Shown here one piece after another: positions 17,043 to 25,789 of a DNA stretch of 32,000 nt (position 1 is the first letter of the stretch; every line of letters starts with the position of its first letter). The translations under genes and the position numbers were made by a program. Source of the DNA: Candidatus Pelagibacter sp. HTCC7211 (GTDB lineage: Bacteria; Pseudomonadota; Alphaproteobacteria; Pelagibacterales; Pelagibacteraceae); the NCBI RefSeq assembly GCF_000155895.1, contig NZ_DS995298.1, forward strand, positions 600,001-632,000, in the 5' to 3' direction. The notes beneath the pieces are model-generated. The model did not search any database, was not told the origin of the DNA, and saw only the letters and a list, made by a program, of their open reading frames with translations.

Positions 17043-20000
17043 TTATTTAAAAGCTTTACTAGATAGTTCTAAATTATTTAAAAAAGAGTCTTCATCTTCT
17101 AGTAAATCGCCCGCATCATGCTCATATGTAGTCAATGGAAATAGAGTTATAGTAAATAATAAGTTTTCAGTAGGTTTTAAATCTCCATCAGAGTAATAAG
17201 TTTTTTTATATTTAATTCCAGCAGTTAAACAATCATTTTTATATTCATATACTAAATCATAAAATTCTGTTAAATTTAATTTTCTATTTCTTCGTGTTTC
17301 AAATGATAAAAAATTATTATCATCTAGTTCGTAAGATATTGAGCTTGCAAATATATTAGAGTCACCACGTTCTCCATTTTCCTCAATAAAATTAAATTCT
17401 GTTACAACGTTGTTAATTGAAACCGTTGTATTAATATCATTATACTCCAAGGTATTTATATCATTATCTAAAGAAAAATTATAACCAATCTCTATATTTT
17501 CTGAAAATTTATTTTTTATTGACCCAAATAAGTTTGAACTTTTTCTATGAATAGTGCTGTTATTTGGAACAAATTTTTCTTCCCTATCTCTTAAGACTGT
17601 GGCTAATTTTAATTCAAAATAATTATTTATTTTATTTAAATTATTTTTTTGTTGATTTGAATAATCCAATCCTAAAGTCAGCGATCTTCCAGACTCAAGT
17701 GTATCAGATAATCCAAGTCTATTAATTGCAAATGCATTGTGTGCATCTATATTTCTAGCTGAACTTGAATAGTTTTTCATATCATGAGGATTGAATCTTA
17801 GGGATAATTTTGGTGTCAAATAATTTTGTGATGTTTGACTATTCTTTTTAAGTGGAAAACTCACATCTAGGTTATACAAGCTAACTAATTCACTCTGTAA
17901 ACTAGATTTATATTTAGATGATTTTTTTCCTACAGAATTTAAATTTTTAATATTGACACCAAAATTATTTTTCAAACCTAAGTTAGAAATAAAGTCTAGA
18001 CTATTGTAACTTAAATTATTTGTAAAATTAGTCTCAAGTTTATTTGTATTATCAAGAACGTTATTTCCATTAGAATTAAAAGAAATGTTACCATTAAAGT
18101 AATTTTTAATAATCTGTTTGTCAAAATTGTAATATGGTAAAACGTATTGATATCGATCACTTTGATTTTTTATACGAAGATTTTCATAACTGTTCATACC
18201 TGCTTCAAAATTAAAATTATTATGATCTAATTTAATATTTATACTATTAGTTAGCTTATTAAAATTTGACGGTCTCAAAGTTGATCTTGTAATGTACTGA
18301 TCAAATACATTTAAATATGAGTCATTTGAGACTTTATTAATTGACATTTTAAAATTACTTGAATTATAGTTTTCTAATTTTAAGTCCATATTATAATTTA
18401 AGAAAAAGTGTGATAGACTGTTTTTCTTCCTCGTAGTTGGTGATTTGTATCCATTTACAAATCCAAAATCTGTTATCAATGAAGAATTTTTATTTTCTTG
18501 TCTATATTCGGCAGTAGACATCAATGTGTCACTATCAAACCACGTAGGTGTAAAAGTCAAATCTTTACTTTCAGAAATTACTTTAAAATAAGGTAATGTA
18601 AAAGATGTACCTAACACATTTGAACTATTTATTGCTGGTTTTATAAGTCCAGATTGTCTTTTTACAGATGGATCTGGATGAAAAAATTTTGGAAAATAAA
18701 ATACTGGAATGTCATAAATCTTTAGGACAGCATTATCGTAATTTAATTTTTTTTTTATTTTATCATGCTTAATTAATTTTGATTTTATTGACCACGGCGG
18801 ACAACTATCATTTTTTTTGCAGCTTGTAAAAATTCCTTTGTTAATCAAAGTATAATCTTCATTGCCACTTGAAGACACACCTTCAATTCTTGGATCATTT
18901 TCTGAGTTGTCAAAAATATCTTTGTGAACTTTAATTTTTGTATTTTTTGCAATAAATTTATTCTCTTTAAGATCAATTATTGCATTTTCTAAAAAAAATT
19001 TGTCACTTTTTGGAAGATTATAGTTTGTAATAATCAAAAAATTTTCTCCTTTAATTATTTCTTGATTAATAGAATAGTTAAACGTGTCAGCAAAATAGAC
19101 TTGAGATTTTTGATCTTGTAATTTAGTTTTGTTTTGAGAACTTATAATTTTTTTTTCATGAAGATACGTGACATCTTTTGAAGTGATATAATATTTAGAT
19201 TGAATATCTGCTTTAGTTTCACCTTGTGTAATTACTTTTTCAGAGTTTTTATAATATTTAGCTTCATTAGTTAGAATTAAATAGTCATTTAAAGTGTCTT
19301 CAATCTTAACGTTACCTTCAGCATTTATTGTGTTATCAATTCTATTATATTCAAAATTATCTCCATTTATTACGATGTCTTCGTTTATAGCTTTAGAATG
19401 ACCTTTAGTTAGAAATAATTGCTCATTTTTAAGGTAAGTTGCATCATCTGCGTAAATAAGATAATTTTCAACTTTGTTATCTATTGCAACATTGCCATTT
19501 GCATTAATTACATTATTTGATTTATTATATTCAAAATTATCAGCATCTATAATAATCCCTTCATTTATAGCTTTTGATTTACCTTTAGTTGTAAACACAT
19601 CTTTATTTTTTTGATAAGTTGCTTCATCTGTGTAAATTAAATAATTTTCATCATGATTATCGATTTTGACGTTACCATAAGCATTTATAATGTTTTTAAT
19701 TTTATTGTACTCAAAATTATCTGCATCTATAACAATCCCAGTACTAATAGCTTTAGATTTTCCGTTTGTAAAAAAAAATTCATTATTTTTTAAATACGTT
19801 ATTTTTTGTGATTTAATAATTATATTTTCTTTTTCATCAATAATTTCAACATTACCAAAGGCAATAAGTATGTTTTTAATTTTATCATACTCAAAATTTT
19901 TTGCTTTTATAACTGTGCCATCTTCAGAGGTTACAGTTCCACCATTTTTTCCAATAAATTTATTACCTTCTTCAATTATTTCTAATTCTGTAACATCAAA

Positions 20001-20087
20001 ATTAAAAATATCTGCTCCATTAGCATTAAAATTAATAAAGTAATTAAAAATAAAAATTAAAAATATGTAATTTAGTTTATTTTTCAT
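17043..20087 (-). CDS. lptD: LPS-assembly outer-membrane protein LptD (OstA family) with expanded N-terminal domain
   Basis: It has a signal peptide and OstA-type motifs (ADNFEY...GNV.I...L...D.A.Y). The FTSCKKNDSCPPWSI cysteine region comes before a long Tyr/Asn/Ser-rich beta-barrel region, with a second Cys context (YKNDCLTAGIKY) near the C-terminus. It sits between lptG and surA. At 1014 aa it is about 200 aa longer than E. coli LptD. Confidence 0.85.
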   Translation of the reverse strand: MKNKLNYIFLIFIFNYFINFNANGADIFNFDVTELEIIEEGNKFIGKNGGTVTSEDGTVIKAKNFEYDKIKNILIAFGNVEIIDEKENIIIKSQKITYLKNNEFFFTNGKSKAISTGIVIDADNFEYNKIKNIINAYGNVKIDNHDENYLIYTDEATYQKNKDVFTTKGKSKAINEGIIIDADNFEYNKSNNVINANGNVAIDNKVENYLIYADDATYLKNEQLFLTKGHSKAINEDIVINGDNFEYNRIDNTINAEGNVKIEDTLNDYLILTNEAKYYKNSEKVITQGETKADIQSKYYITSKDVTYLHEKKIISSQNKTKLQDQKSQVYFADTFNYSINQEIIKGENFLIITNYNLPKSDKFFLENAIIDLKENKFIAKNTKIKVHKDIFDNSENDPRIEGVSSSGNEDYTLINKGIFTSCKKNDSCPPWSIKSKLIKHDKIKKKLNYDNAVLKIYDIPVFYFPKFFHPDPSVKRQSGLIKPAINSSNVLGTSFTLPYFKVISESKDLTFTPTWFDSDTLMSTAEYRQENKNSSLITDFGFVNGYKSPTTRKKNSLSHFFLNYNMDLKLENYNSSNFKMSINKVSNDSYLNVFDQYITRSTLRPSNFNKLTNSINIKLDHNNFNFEAGMNSYENLRIKNQSDRYQYVLPYYNFDKQIIKNYFNGNISFNSNGNNVLDNTNKLETNFTNNLSYNSLDFISNLGLKNNFGVNIKNLNSVGKKSSKYKSSLQSELVSLYNLDVSFPLKKNSQTSQNYLTPKLSLRFNPHDMKNYSSSARNIDAHNAFAINRLGLSDTLESGRSLTLGLDYSNQQKNNLNKINNYFELKLATVLRDREEKFVPNNSTIHRKSSNLFGSIKNKFSENIEIGYNFSLDNDINTLEYNDINTTVSINNVVTEFNFIEENGERGDSNIFASSISYELDDNNFLSFETRRNRKLNLTEFYDLVYEYKNDCLTAGIKYKKTYYSDGDLKPTENLLFTITLFPLTTYEHDAGDLLEDEDSFLNNLELSSKAFK
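19200..19919 (-). repeat. Four in-frame tandem repeats of 180 nt (60 aa) inside lptD
   Basis: Units cover aa 57-116, 117-176, 177-236 and 237-296 of LptD. The period is visible directly in the DNA: for example tcaaaattat at 19351, 19531 and 19711, with tcaaaatttt at 19891, and acctttagtt at 19401 and 19581. A hand count of 19380-19559 against 19560-19739 gives about 136/180 identical bases. Confidence 0.85.
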
Positions 20088-21150
20088 TAATCTTATTTAG
20101 CATTAAACTATTTATTATTGAAAGTAAGATTAGAGGAATAAATATGGCAAAAATTAGAGATATTCTTTCAGTGTTACCCATTACCATAAAAAAATTATTA
20201 ATATAATAAATGATTACAGAAAAAAATAATCCTAATGAAATTTTAAAAGTTGTATTATGCAATCTTTTTACTCTAAACATTATTAAGGATGAAAAAATAG
20301 CAACCAAAAAAAGATATAAAGGAAAAGATAAAATTTTTAAAAATTGAAGATTAATTTCAATAAGAGAATAATTTAATTTTTTATAGTTTTTCCTTAATTC
20401 AAAAAGTTGGTAAAAGCTAAGAGATGATAAATTAGAGTAAAGAGTTTGAATTCTTTTATAATCAAAGTTTGTTTTTATATTTAATTGTTTTTTTATCTCG
20501 TAATTATTTTTATCATAAACTTTGACATTAAACGCCTGCCAATCTGTACTTTGTATATTTATTTTATCACTTTTTAAATTTCTTATTACTTTATAATCTT
20601 TGTCAAATTCAGTTATAAAATTATTAATTAAAAAATTACTTTCAATTTTAGAGGAATTAACAATATAGATTTTTTCATCTATTTCATCTTTGATCCACAA
20701 ACCATTTTTTGTAATTACAGCTAAATACTTGGAGTCTGAAGTAAACTTGGTTTTTTCTTCTAAATAAAAATTTTTAAAAACAGCTGAAAAGTTATAAAAT
20801 ATTATGGTTAGTATTATTCCACTTGAAATAACAATTAAACTAAAAATTTTTAAAATACTCGTATTTTTAAGACCAGAATATTTAAATATTTCAATTTCAT
20901 TATTATTAAAAAGTTTAATAAAAAATAACTGAGTTGTTATTAGAAAAATGAAAGGAAGCATTTCAAAAATCATTGAAGGTGAATTTAACAATGATAAAAA
21001 AATTGGAAAACCAGAAGAAACCTCTATTTCCTTAAAAAATTCTAATTCAGTCAACAGGTTAAGAATAAATATCAAGCTAAACATAATTGAAACTACATAT
21101 AACAACGACTTTAAAAAAATAAGTGTGAAAAATTTTATATATATTTTCAT
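20077..21150 (-). CDS. lptG: LPS export ABC transporter permease LptG (YjgP/YjgQ family)
   Basis: 357 aa. Three N-terminal TM helices, a periplasmic beta-rich insert and three C-terminal TM helices. It is the second of two paralogous permease genes and overlaps the lptD start by 11 nt. Confidence 0.8.
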   Translation of the reverse strand: MKIYIKFFTLIFLKSLLYVVSIMFSLIFILNLLTELEFFKEIEVSSGFPIFLSLLNSPSMIFEMLPFIFLITTQLFFIKLFNNNEIEIFKYSGLKNTSILKIFSLIVISSGIILTIIFYNFSAVFKNFYLEEKTKFTSDSKYLAVITKNGLWIKDEIDEKIYIVNSSKIESNFLINNFITEFDKDYKVIRNLKSDKINIQSTDWQAFNVKVYDKNNYEIKKQLNIKTNFDYKRIQTLYSNLSSLSFYQLFELRKNYKKLNYSLIEINLQFLKILSFPLYLFLVAIFSSLIMFRVKRLHNTTFKISLGLFFSVIIYYINNFFMVMGNTERISLIFAIFIPLILLSIINSLMLNKINEK

Positions 21151-21154
21151 ATTT

Positions 21155-22282
21155 TTAATTTTTAATATTAAATTTTTTAAGGAATATTAAATAGAGAGTT
21201 ATAATAAAAATAAATGGCAACAAAGAAATTGAGATATTTTTGATTATTGAGTCTGAAATTAATCTAATAGTCGTCTCAGAAAAAATAATAAAAAATAAAC
21301 CAATTAAAAATGCAATAAATTTTAATCTTGAATATTTTGAATCTTCTTTTGACAAAATTGTTACCAGAAGAGGTATTAAAGTTAATACCAAGATATAAAT
21401 TGGTATAATAAATCTTTTATAAAGTTCTTTAAAAATATTATCTTTATTTCTTTCTGAGCAATTTATAATTTTTGGATCTAATTTATTCTTTTTTGTAGGG
21501 ATTAAAAATTTAACACATTTTAATAGATTATAAGATGAAAGTTCTTGCGTTTTTTGTTGAGTAACAAATGAATTAGTTTCAGTATTATTAATAGGAAAGT
21601 CTGATTTTGAAAAACTAAAATTAGTTATCTCGTTATTCTTACTTGTAATAGTTTCGCCATTAAATAAAACAAGTACTGGTAAATTATTAAACTCTTTAAA
21701 GTATCCTTTTTTTGCGTAAGTAATTTGAAAATTATTTTCATTTATCTCTTTTTTTAAATATAGATTATATAAGTTTCCATCTATATCTTTTCTTTCACTA
21801 AAAATTGTAACATTTTTAATTGTGTCATTAAATCTTTTGGGTTTAATAAAGTTCTCATAAAAATTTACTGTTGAGCTTCTTAAAAATGATCTGGCTAGGT
21901 CTTGTGATTTTGGGACAATTATAGCTGAAAATATCAGCTGTATAAGCATCAATATAACTGAAAATTTAAATATAAAGTTTATTAGTTGAATTTTGTTTAT
22001 ACCAAAATTCCAGAAAATTATTAATTCATTATTATTTTCATATTTTATTGTCACATAAAATAAACTAAAAAATAATATAAATGGAAATAGTTTATTGATT
22101 ATTTTAGGAAAATTTAACAAAGAATAGCTAATATAAACTGAATAGCTTCTTCCATCCTCTATCATAATATCTAAAAAATTTACTGCCTGAAATACCCAAA
22201 TTACTATTCCAGCGCTAATTAGCGCTATTAAAAAAAAACTCATATAATCTAACAGCAATTTTCTAAATATTATTTTTTTCAT
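21155..22282 (-). CDS. lptF: LPS export ABC transporter permease LptF (YjgP/YjgQ family)
   Basis: 375 aa with the same 3 TM + periplasmic domain + 3 TM layout. It is the first gene of the pair and divergent from pepA, as lptF-lptG is in E. coli. Confidence 0.8.
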   Translation of the reverse strand: MKKIIFRKLLLDYMSFFLIALISAGIVIWVFQAVNFLDIMIEDGRSYSVYISYSLLNFPKIINKLFPFILFFSLFYVTIKYENNNELIIFWNFGINKIQLINFIFKFSVILMLIQLIFSAIIVPKSQDLARSFLRSSTVNFYENFIKPKRFNDTIKNVTIFSERKDIDGNLYNLYLKKEINENNFQITYAKKGYFKEFNNLPVLVLFNGETITSKNNEITNFSFSKSDFPINNTETNSFVTQQKTQELSSYNLLKCVKFLIPTKKNKLDPKIINCSERNKDNIFKELYKRFIIPIYILVLTLIPLLVTILSKEDSKYSRLKFIAFLIGLFFIIFSETTIRLISDSIIKNISISLLPFIFIITLYLIFLKKFNIKN

Positions 22283-22343
22283 TGAAATATGATAATTTTA
22301 TTCATATATAGCACTCTACTCGCAATGAGTGTATTTAAAATTT
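22283..22343. promoter_or_regulatory. Divergent promoter region between lptF (-) and pepA (+)
   Basis: This 61-nt spacer lies between divergent ATG codons (taking the pepA ATG at 22344). The call rests on position only. I cannot pick out convincing -35/-10 boxes above the AT-rich background. Confidence 0.3.
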
Positions 22344-23801
22344 ATGACAATACAAATTAATTATAAAAATAACGGTTTAAAAAAAGTATCATCCAATCTT
22401 GTGCTATTTGTTGATGAAAAGTTCAATATCAATAGCGTAAAAAAATATATTTCAAACACTGAATATTCATATATCTCAGATTTGCTGAAAAATAGTGATT
22501 TAAAAAAACAACTACTTTTGTTTGAGATTAATTCGAAAAAAACAATATTTTTAGCATCAATCAAAAAAGATTTCAGATCTTCAGATATAGAAAATTTAGG
22601 TGCTAAATTTCACAGTCATATAAATTATGAGAAGAAAAATGAATATTTTATAAATTCAGATTCAGTAAAGAGTAAGATCAAAAATTTTATAGGGTATTTT
22701 TTACATGGAATAAAATTAAAATCATATGAGTTTAATTTATATAAATCAAAAAAAACTAAAAAAGCTGTTTCTATTAATGTTGTTGGAAATGATAATAAGA
22801 TATCAAAACAAGATCAATTAAGATTTAAAGCGTTAGAAGAAGGAACTTTTTTTGCAAGAGATCTTGTGTCTGAGCCAGGTAATATTTTACACCCTGATGA
22901 ATACGCAAAAAGAATTAACTCTCTGAAAAAATTTGGTTTAAAAATAAATATTTATGACGAAAAGAAATTAAAAAAACTCGGAATGAATGCTTTACTTGGA
23001 GTAGGACAAGGCAGTATTAGAGGCTCTTATCTTGTAACCATGGAATGGAATGGAGCGAAAAATAATTCCAAACCTTTGGCATTTGTTGGAAAAGGTGTTT
23101 GTTTTGATACTGGCGGTATTTCGTTAAAACCTGCTAAGTTCATGGAGGACATGACTTATGATATGGCAGGTTCAGCTACAGTAGTTGGTTTAATGAAAAA
23201 CTTGGCTGTAAGAAAAGCTAAAATTAATGCTGTTGGCGTAGTAGGGCTTGTAGAAAATATGCCGGGAGGGAACGCCCAAAGACCTGGAGACATTGTTAAA
23301 TCGTATAGCGGCAAAACAATTGAAATACTTAATACAGATGCTGAAGGTAGATTAGTTTTAGCTGATGCACTAACTTTTACTGAAAAGAAATTTAAACCTG
23401 AGTTTATGGTTGATCTAGCAACTTTAACTGGCGCTATTATAGTTTCTTTAGGATCTGAGTACGCTGGTTTATTTTCAAATAATGATAATTTATCTAAACA
23501 ACTTATTGAAGCTGGAGAAAAAGTTGAAGAGAAGTTATGGCGAATGCCACTACATGAAAACTTTGATAAACTTATCAATTCAAAAAATGCTGATATGCAA
23601 AATATCAATTACGTAGGTGGAGCTGGCTCAACAACAGCAGCACAGTTTTTGCAAAGATTTATTTTAAACAAAACACCATGGGCTCATCTAGATATTGCTG
23701 GTATGGCATTTTCAAAATATGGAGGAGCTTTAAATTCAGGTGGCGCAACTGGTTTTGGTGTAAGATTATTAAATCAACTAATAGAGGATGATTATGAGTA
23801 A
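22344..23801 (+). CDS. pepA: Leucyl aminopeptidase (M17 family)
   Basis: VGKGVCFDTGGISLKP and the M17 signature NTDAEGRLVLADAL. The track ORF begins at a GTG (22329). The first ATG is at 22344 (MTIQINYKN...). Confidence 0.9.
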   Translation: MTIQINYKNNGLKKVSSNLVLFVDEKFNINSVKKYISNTEYSYISDLLKNSDLKKQLLLFEINSKKTIFLASIKKDFRSSDIENLGAKFHSHINYEKKNEYFINSDSVKSKIKNFIGYFLHGIKLKSYEFNLYKSKKTKKAVSINVVGNDNKISKQDQLRFKALEEGTFFARDLVSEPGNILHPDEYAKRINSLKKFGLKINIYDEKKLKKLGMNALLGVGQGSIRGSYLVTMEWNGAKNNSKPLAFVGKGVCFDTGGISLKPAKFMEDMTYDMAGSATVVGLMKNLAVRKAKINAVGVVGLVENMPGGNAQRPGDIVKSYSGKTIEILNTDAEGRLVLADALTFTEKKFKPEFMVDLATLTGAIIVSLGSEYAGLFSNNDNLSKQLIEAGEKVEEKLWRMPLHENFDKLINSKNADMQNINYVGGAGSTTAAQFLQRFILNKTPWAHLDIAGMAFSKYGGALNSGGATGFGVRLLNQLIEDDYE

Positions 23802-24204
23802 CATTGAACAAACGCTTTCAATAATTAAACCAGATGCAGTCGAAAGAAATTTGGATAATGAGATTAAAGAAATGTTTAAAAATAAAGGATTTTCTATTCT
23901 TAAAGAAAAAAAGATACAGATAGAAAAATCTGAAGCTGAAAAATTTTATAAAGTTCATGAAACTAAGCCATTTTACAATGATCTTTGTGCATACCTCTCA
24001 TCTGGACCAATAGTTGTGATGGTTTTAGAAAAAGAAAATGCAGTATTAGCCAATAGAGAATTAATGGGGGCAACTAATCCTAAAGATGCTGAAGAAGGTA
24101 CTATTAGAAAAAAGTACGGGATTTCAATAGATAAAAATTCTGTTCATGGATCTGATAGTGTTGAAAATGCAAAAATAGAAATAGATTTTTTCTTTAAAGA
24201 TTAA
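23794..24204 (+). CDS. ndk: Nucleoside-diphosphate kinase
   Basis: EQTLSIIKPDAV, and NSVHGSDS with the active-site His. Two in-frame ATGs are present (23788, 23794). AGAGGA at 23782-23787 gives a sensible 6-nt spacing only to 23794. The start overlaps the end of pepA, and the 3' end overlaps the convergent purN by 11 nt. Confidence 0.93.
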   Translation: MSNIEQTLSIIKPDAVERNLDNEIKEMFKNKGFSILKEKKIQIEKSEAEKFYKVHETKPFYNDLCAYLSSGPIVVMVLEKENAVLANRELMGATNPKDAEEGTIRKKYGISIDKNSVHGSDSVENAKIEIDFFFKD

Positions 24205-24772
24205 AAACTTTTAAAATAGCTTTTGGGTATAATCTGTGTTCTTGGGATAGAATTCTTTTAGCAAGTGTTTTAGGGGTATCACTTTTTTTAATTTTTACCT
24301 TTTTTTGAAGAATAATTTTTCCAGAATCTAGTTTTGAATTAACAAAATGAACTGTACAGCCAGAGTATTTTTCTTTTTTATTAATTGCTCTCTCATGTGT
24401 GTTCAAACCTTTGAACTTTGGAAGAAGAGATGGATGAATATTTAATATCCTTCCTTTAAAATTTTTTATAAAAGTTTTTGATAATATTTTCATAAAACCA
24501 GCGAGACAAATTAAATCTATCTTGTTTTTTTTCAATTCAACAAGTATTTTTTTTTCATCAGTCTTGTTTTTAAAAGTAAAAATTTTTTTTTTAATCTTAA
24601 AAATATTTGCATATTTAAGACCTTTAGATTTTGTATTATTTGAAACAATTAAGTTAATAGATATAGGTGATATTTTAAGTTTTGAAAATTTTATGAGAGA
24701 TTTAAGATTACTACCTGTCCCTGAAATAAAAACTGCAGTCCTTATTACTTTAGATCCAGTTGATATTGCCAT
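24194..24772 (-). CDS. purN: Phosphoribosylglycinamide formyltransferase
   Basis: FISGTGSNL, LAGFMKIL, and NIHPSLLPKFKG followed by SGCTVHFV. It overlaps the purM 3' end by 23 nt. Confidence 0.9.
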   Translation of the reverse strand: MAISTGSKVIRTAVFISGTGSNLKSLIKFSKLKISPISINLIVSNNTKSKGLKYANIFKIKKKIFTFKNKTDEKKILVELKKNKIDLICLAGFMKILSKTFIKNFKGRILNIHPSLLPKFKGLNTHERAINKKEKYSGCTVHFVNSKLDSGKIILQKKVKIKKSDTPKTLAKRILSQEHRLYPKAILKVFNL

Positions 24773-25778
24773 TTAATTTAACTTTATTTTTTCCTTTAGA
24801 AATTTTTCCAATCACATATGGTCTAAATCTATTTGTGAAATATTTTTTTACTTTAGATAATTTTTTAGGATTAATTATTAAACAAAAACCAACACCACAA
24901 TTAAATGTTTTAAGCATTTCTTTATCAGATATGTTATTTTTTTTTAACCACTTAAAAATTTTAGATGGATTAATTTTTGTTAAATCAATTTCTGCAACTA
25001 AATTTTCTGGTATTACTCTTTTTATATTATCTGCCAAACCACCACCAGTTATATTAGAGCATCCATTAATTAAATTTTTATCAATTAAATTTAAAACTTC
25101 TTTTACATAAATTTTAGTTGGTCTTAATAGTTCAGTTTTTAAAAATTTATCTTTTTTAATATTTATTTTTTTTTGATTAATTAAATATCTTACTAAAGAA
25201 AAACCATTTGAGTGAAGACCACTTGAAGGGATGGCTAATACAAGATCATTATTCTTAATTTTATTTTTACTTAGAATTTTATTTGTTCCGACTACTCCCA
25301 CGGCAAAACCTGCAATATCAAATTTCCCTTTTTCATATGTGCCGGGCATTTCTGCAGTCTCACCACCCACCAATTCGCATGATGATTGTTTGCATCCATT
25401 GACTATCCCTTTAATTATAGATTTGAGTTTTTTTAAATCGATTTTATTTATTGATATATAATCTAGAAATAAAAGAGGTTTTGCACCCTGAACAATTAAA
25501 TCATTTACACTCATGGCAACTAAATCAATTCCAATTGTATCATATTTGTTTAGAGTGTTAGCAATTTCAATTTTAGTACCAACTCCATCTGTACAGGCAA
25601 CAATTTTAGGCTGTTTAATATTATTTGGAATACTTGATATTGATCCAAACCCCCCAATATTAGAAAACTTTTTTTTGCCTTTTTTTTTTGATGAAACTGA
25701 AGAAATGAAATTAACAAAGCTATCTGCTGCATCAATATTAACTCCACTTTTTTTATAGGTAAACAATTTTTTATTCAT
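24750..25778 (-). CDS. purM: Phosphoribosylformylglycinamidine cyclo-ligase (AIR synthetase)
   Basis: N-terminus YKKSGVNIDA, with DGVGTK, GGETAEMPG and SSGLHSNGFSL. purM-purN order as in most bacteria. Confidence 0.95.
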   Translation of the reverse strand: MNKKLFTYKKSGVNIDAADSFVNFISSVSSKKKGKKKFSNIGGFGSISSIPNNIKQPKIVACTDGVGTKIEIANTLNKYDTIGIDLVAMSVNDLIVQGAKPLLFLDYISINKIDLKKLKSIIKGIVNGCKQSSCELVGGETAEMPGTYEKGKFDIAGFAVGVVGTNKILSKNKIKNNDLVLAIPSSGLHSNGFSLVRYLINQKKINIKKDKFLKTELLRPTKIYVKEVLNLIDKNLINGCSNITGGGLADNIKRVIPENLVAEIDLTKINPSKIFKWLKKNNISDKEMLKTFNCGVGFCLIINPKKLSKVKKYFTNRFRPYVIGKISKGKNKVKLNGNINWI

Positions 25779-25789
25779 TAATATGTTTT

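Noticed and set aside
19200-19919. Interpreting the 180-nt periodic repeats as a CRISPR-like array, a mobile-element repeat or an assembly artefact
   Set aside because: There is no repeat-spacer structure. The units are contiguous, in frame and diverged (about 75% identity), and they encode a coherent OstA-like protein motif. Divergence between copies argues against a simple assembly duplication.
19690-20043. 117-aa plus-strand ORF opposite the lptD repeat region
   Set aside because: It is antisense to lptD. Its apparent internal repetition only mirrors the 180-nt repeats of the lptD coding strand.
3644-22564. Remaining short track ORFs (3644-3829, 4040-4321, 5264-5482, 6981-7193, 7248-7433, 9650-9850, 11527-11712, 11999-12214, 15672-15923, 20948-21190, 22361-22564; also 24522-24776, 28344-28577, 29019-29207)
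   Set aside because: Each is 61-93 aa and nested antisense in a confidently assigned gene, or merely straddles a tiny junction (4040-4321 and 20948-21190). None has a recognisable motif or an upstream SD.
23156-23608. 150-aa ORF on the minus strand inside pepA
   Set aside because: It is entirely antisense to a well-supported M17 aminopeptidase gene. Its product is Ser/Phe/Ile-rich low-complexity sequence with no motif. Shadow ORFs of this kind are expected opposite real genes.
24760-25110. 116-aa plus-strand ORF, plus further small ORFs between 25231 and 25758, opposite purM
   Set aside because: All lie inside and antisense to (or out of frame with) purM, whose translation carries every AIR-synthetase motif. 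There is no independent support.
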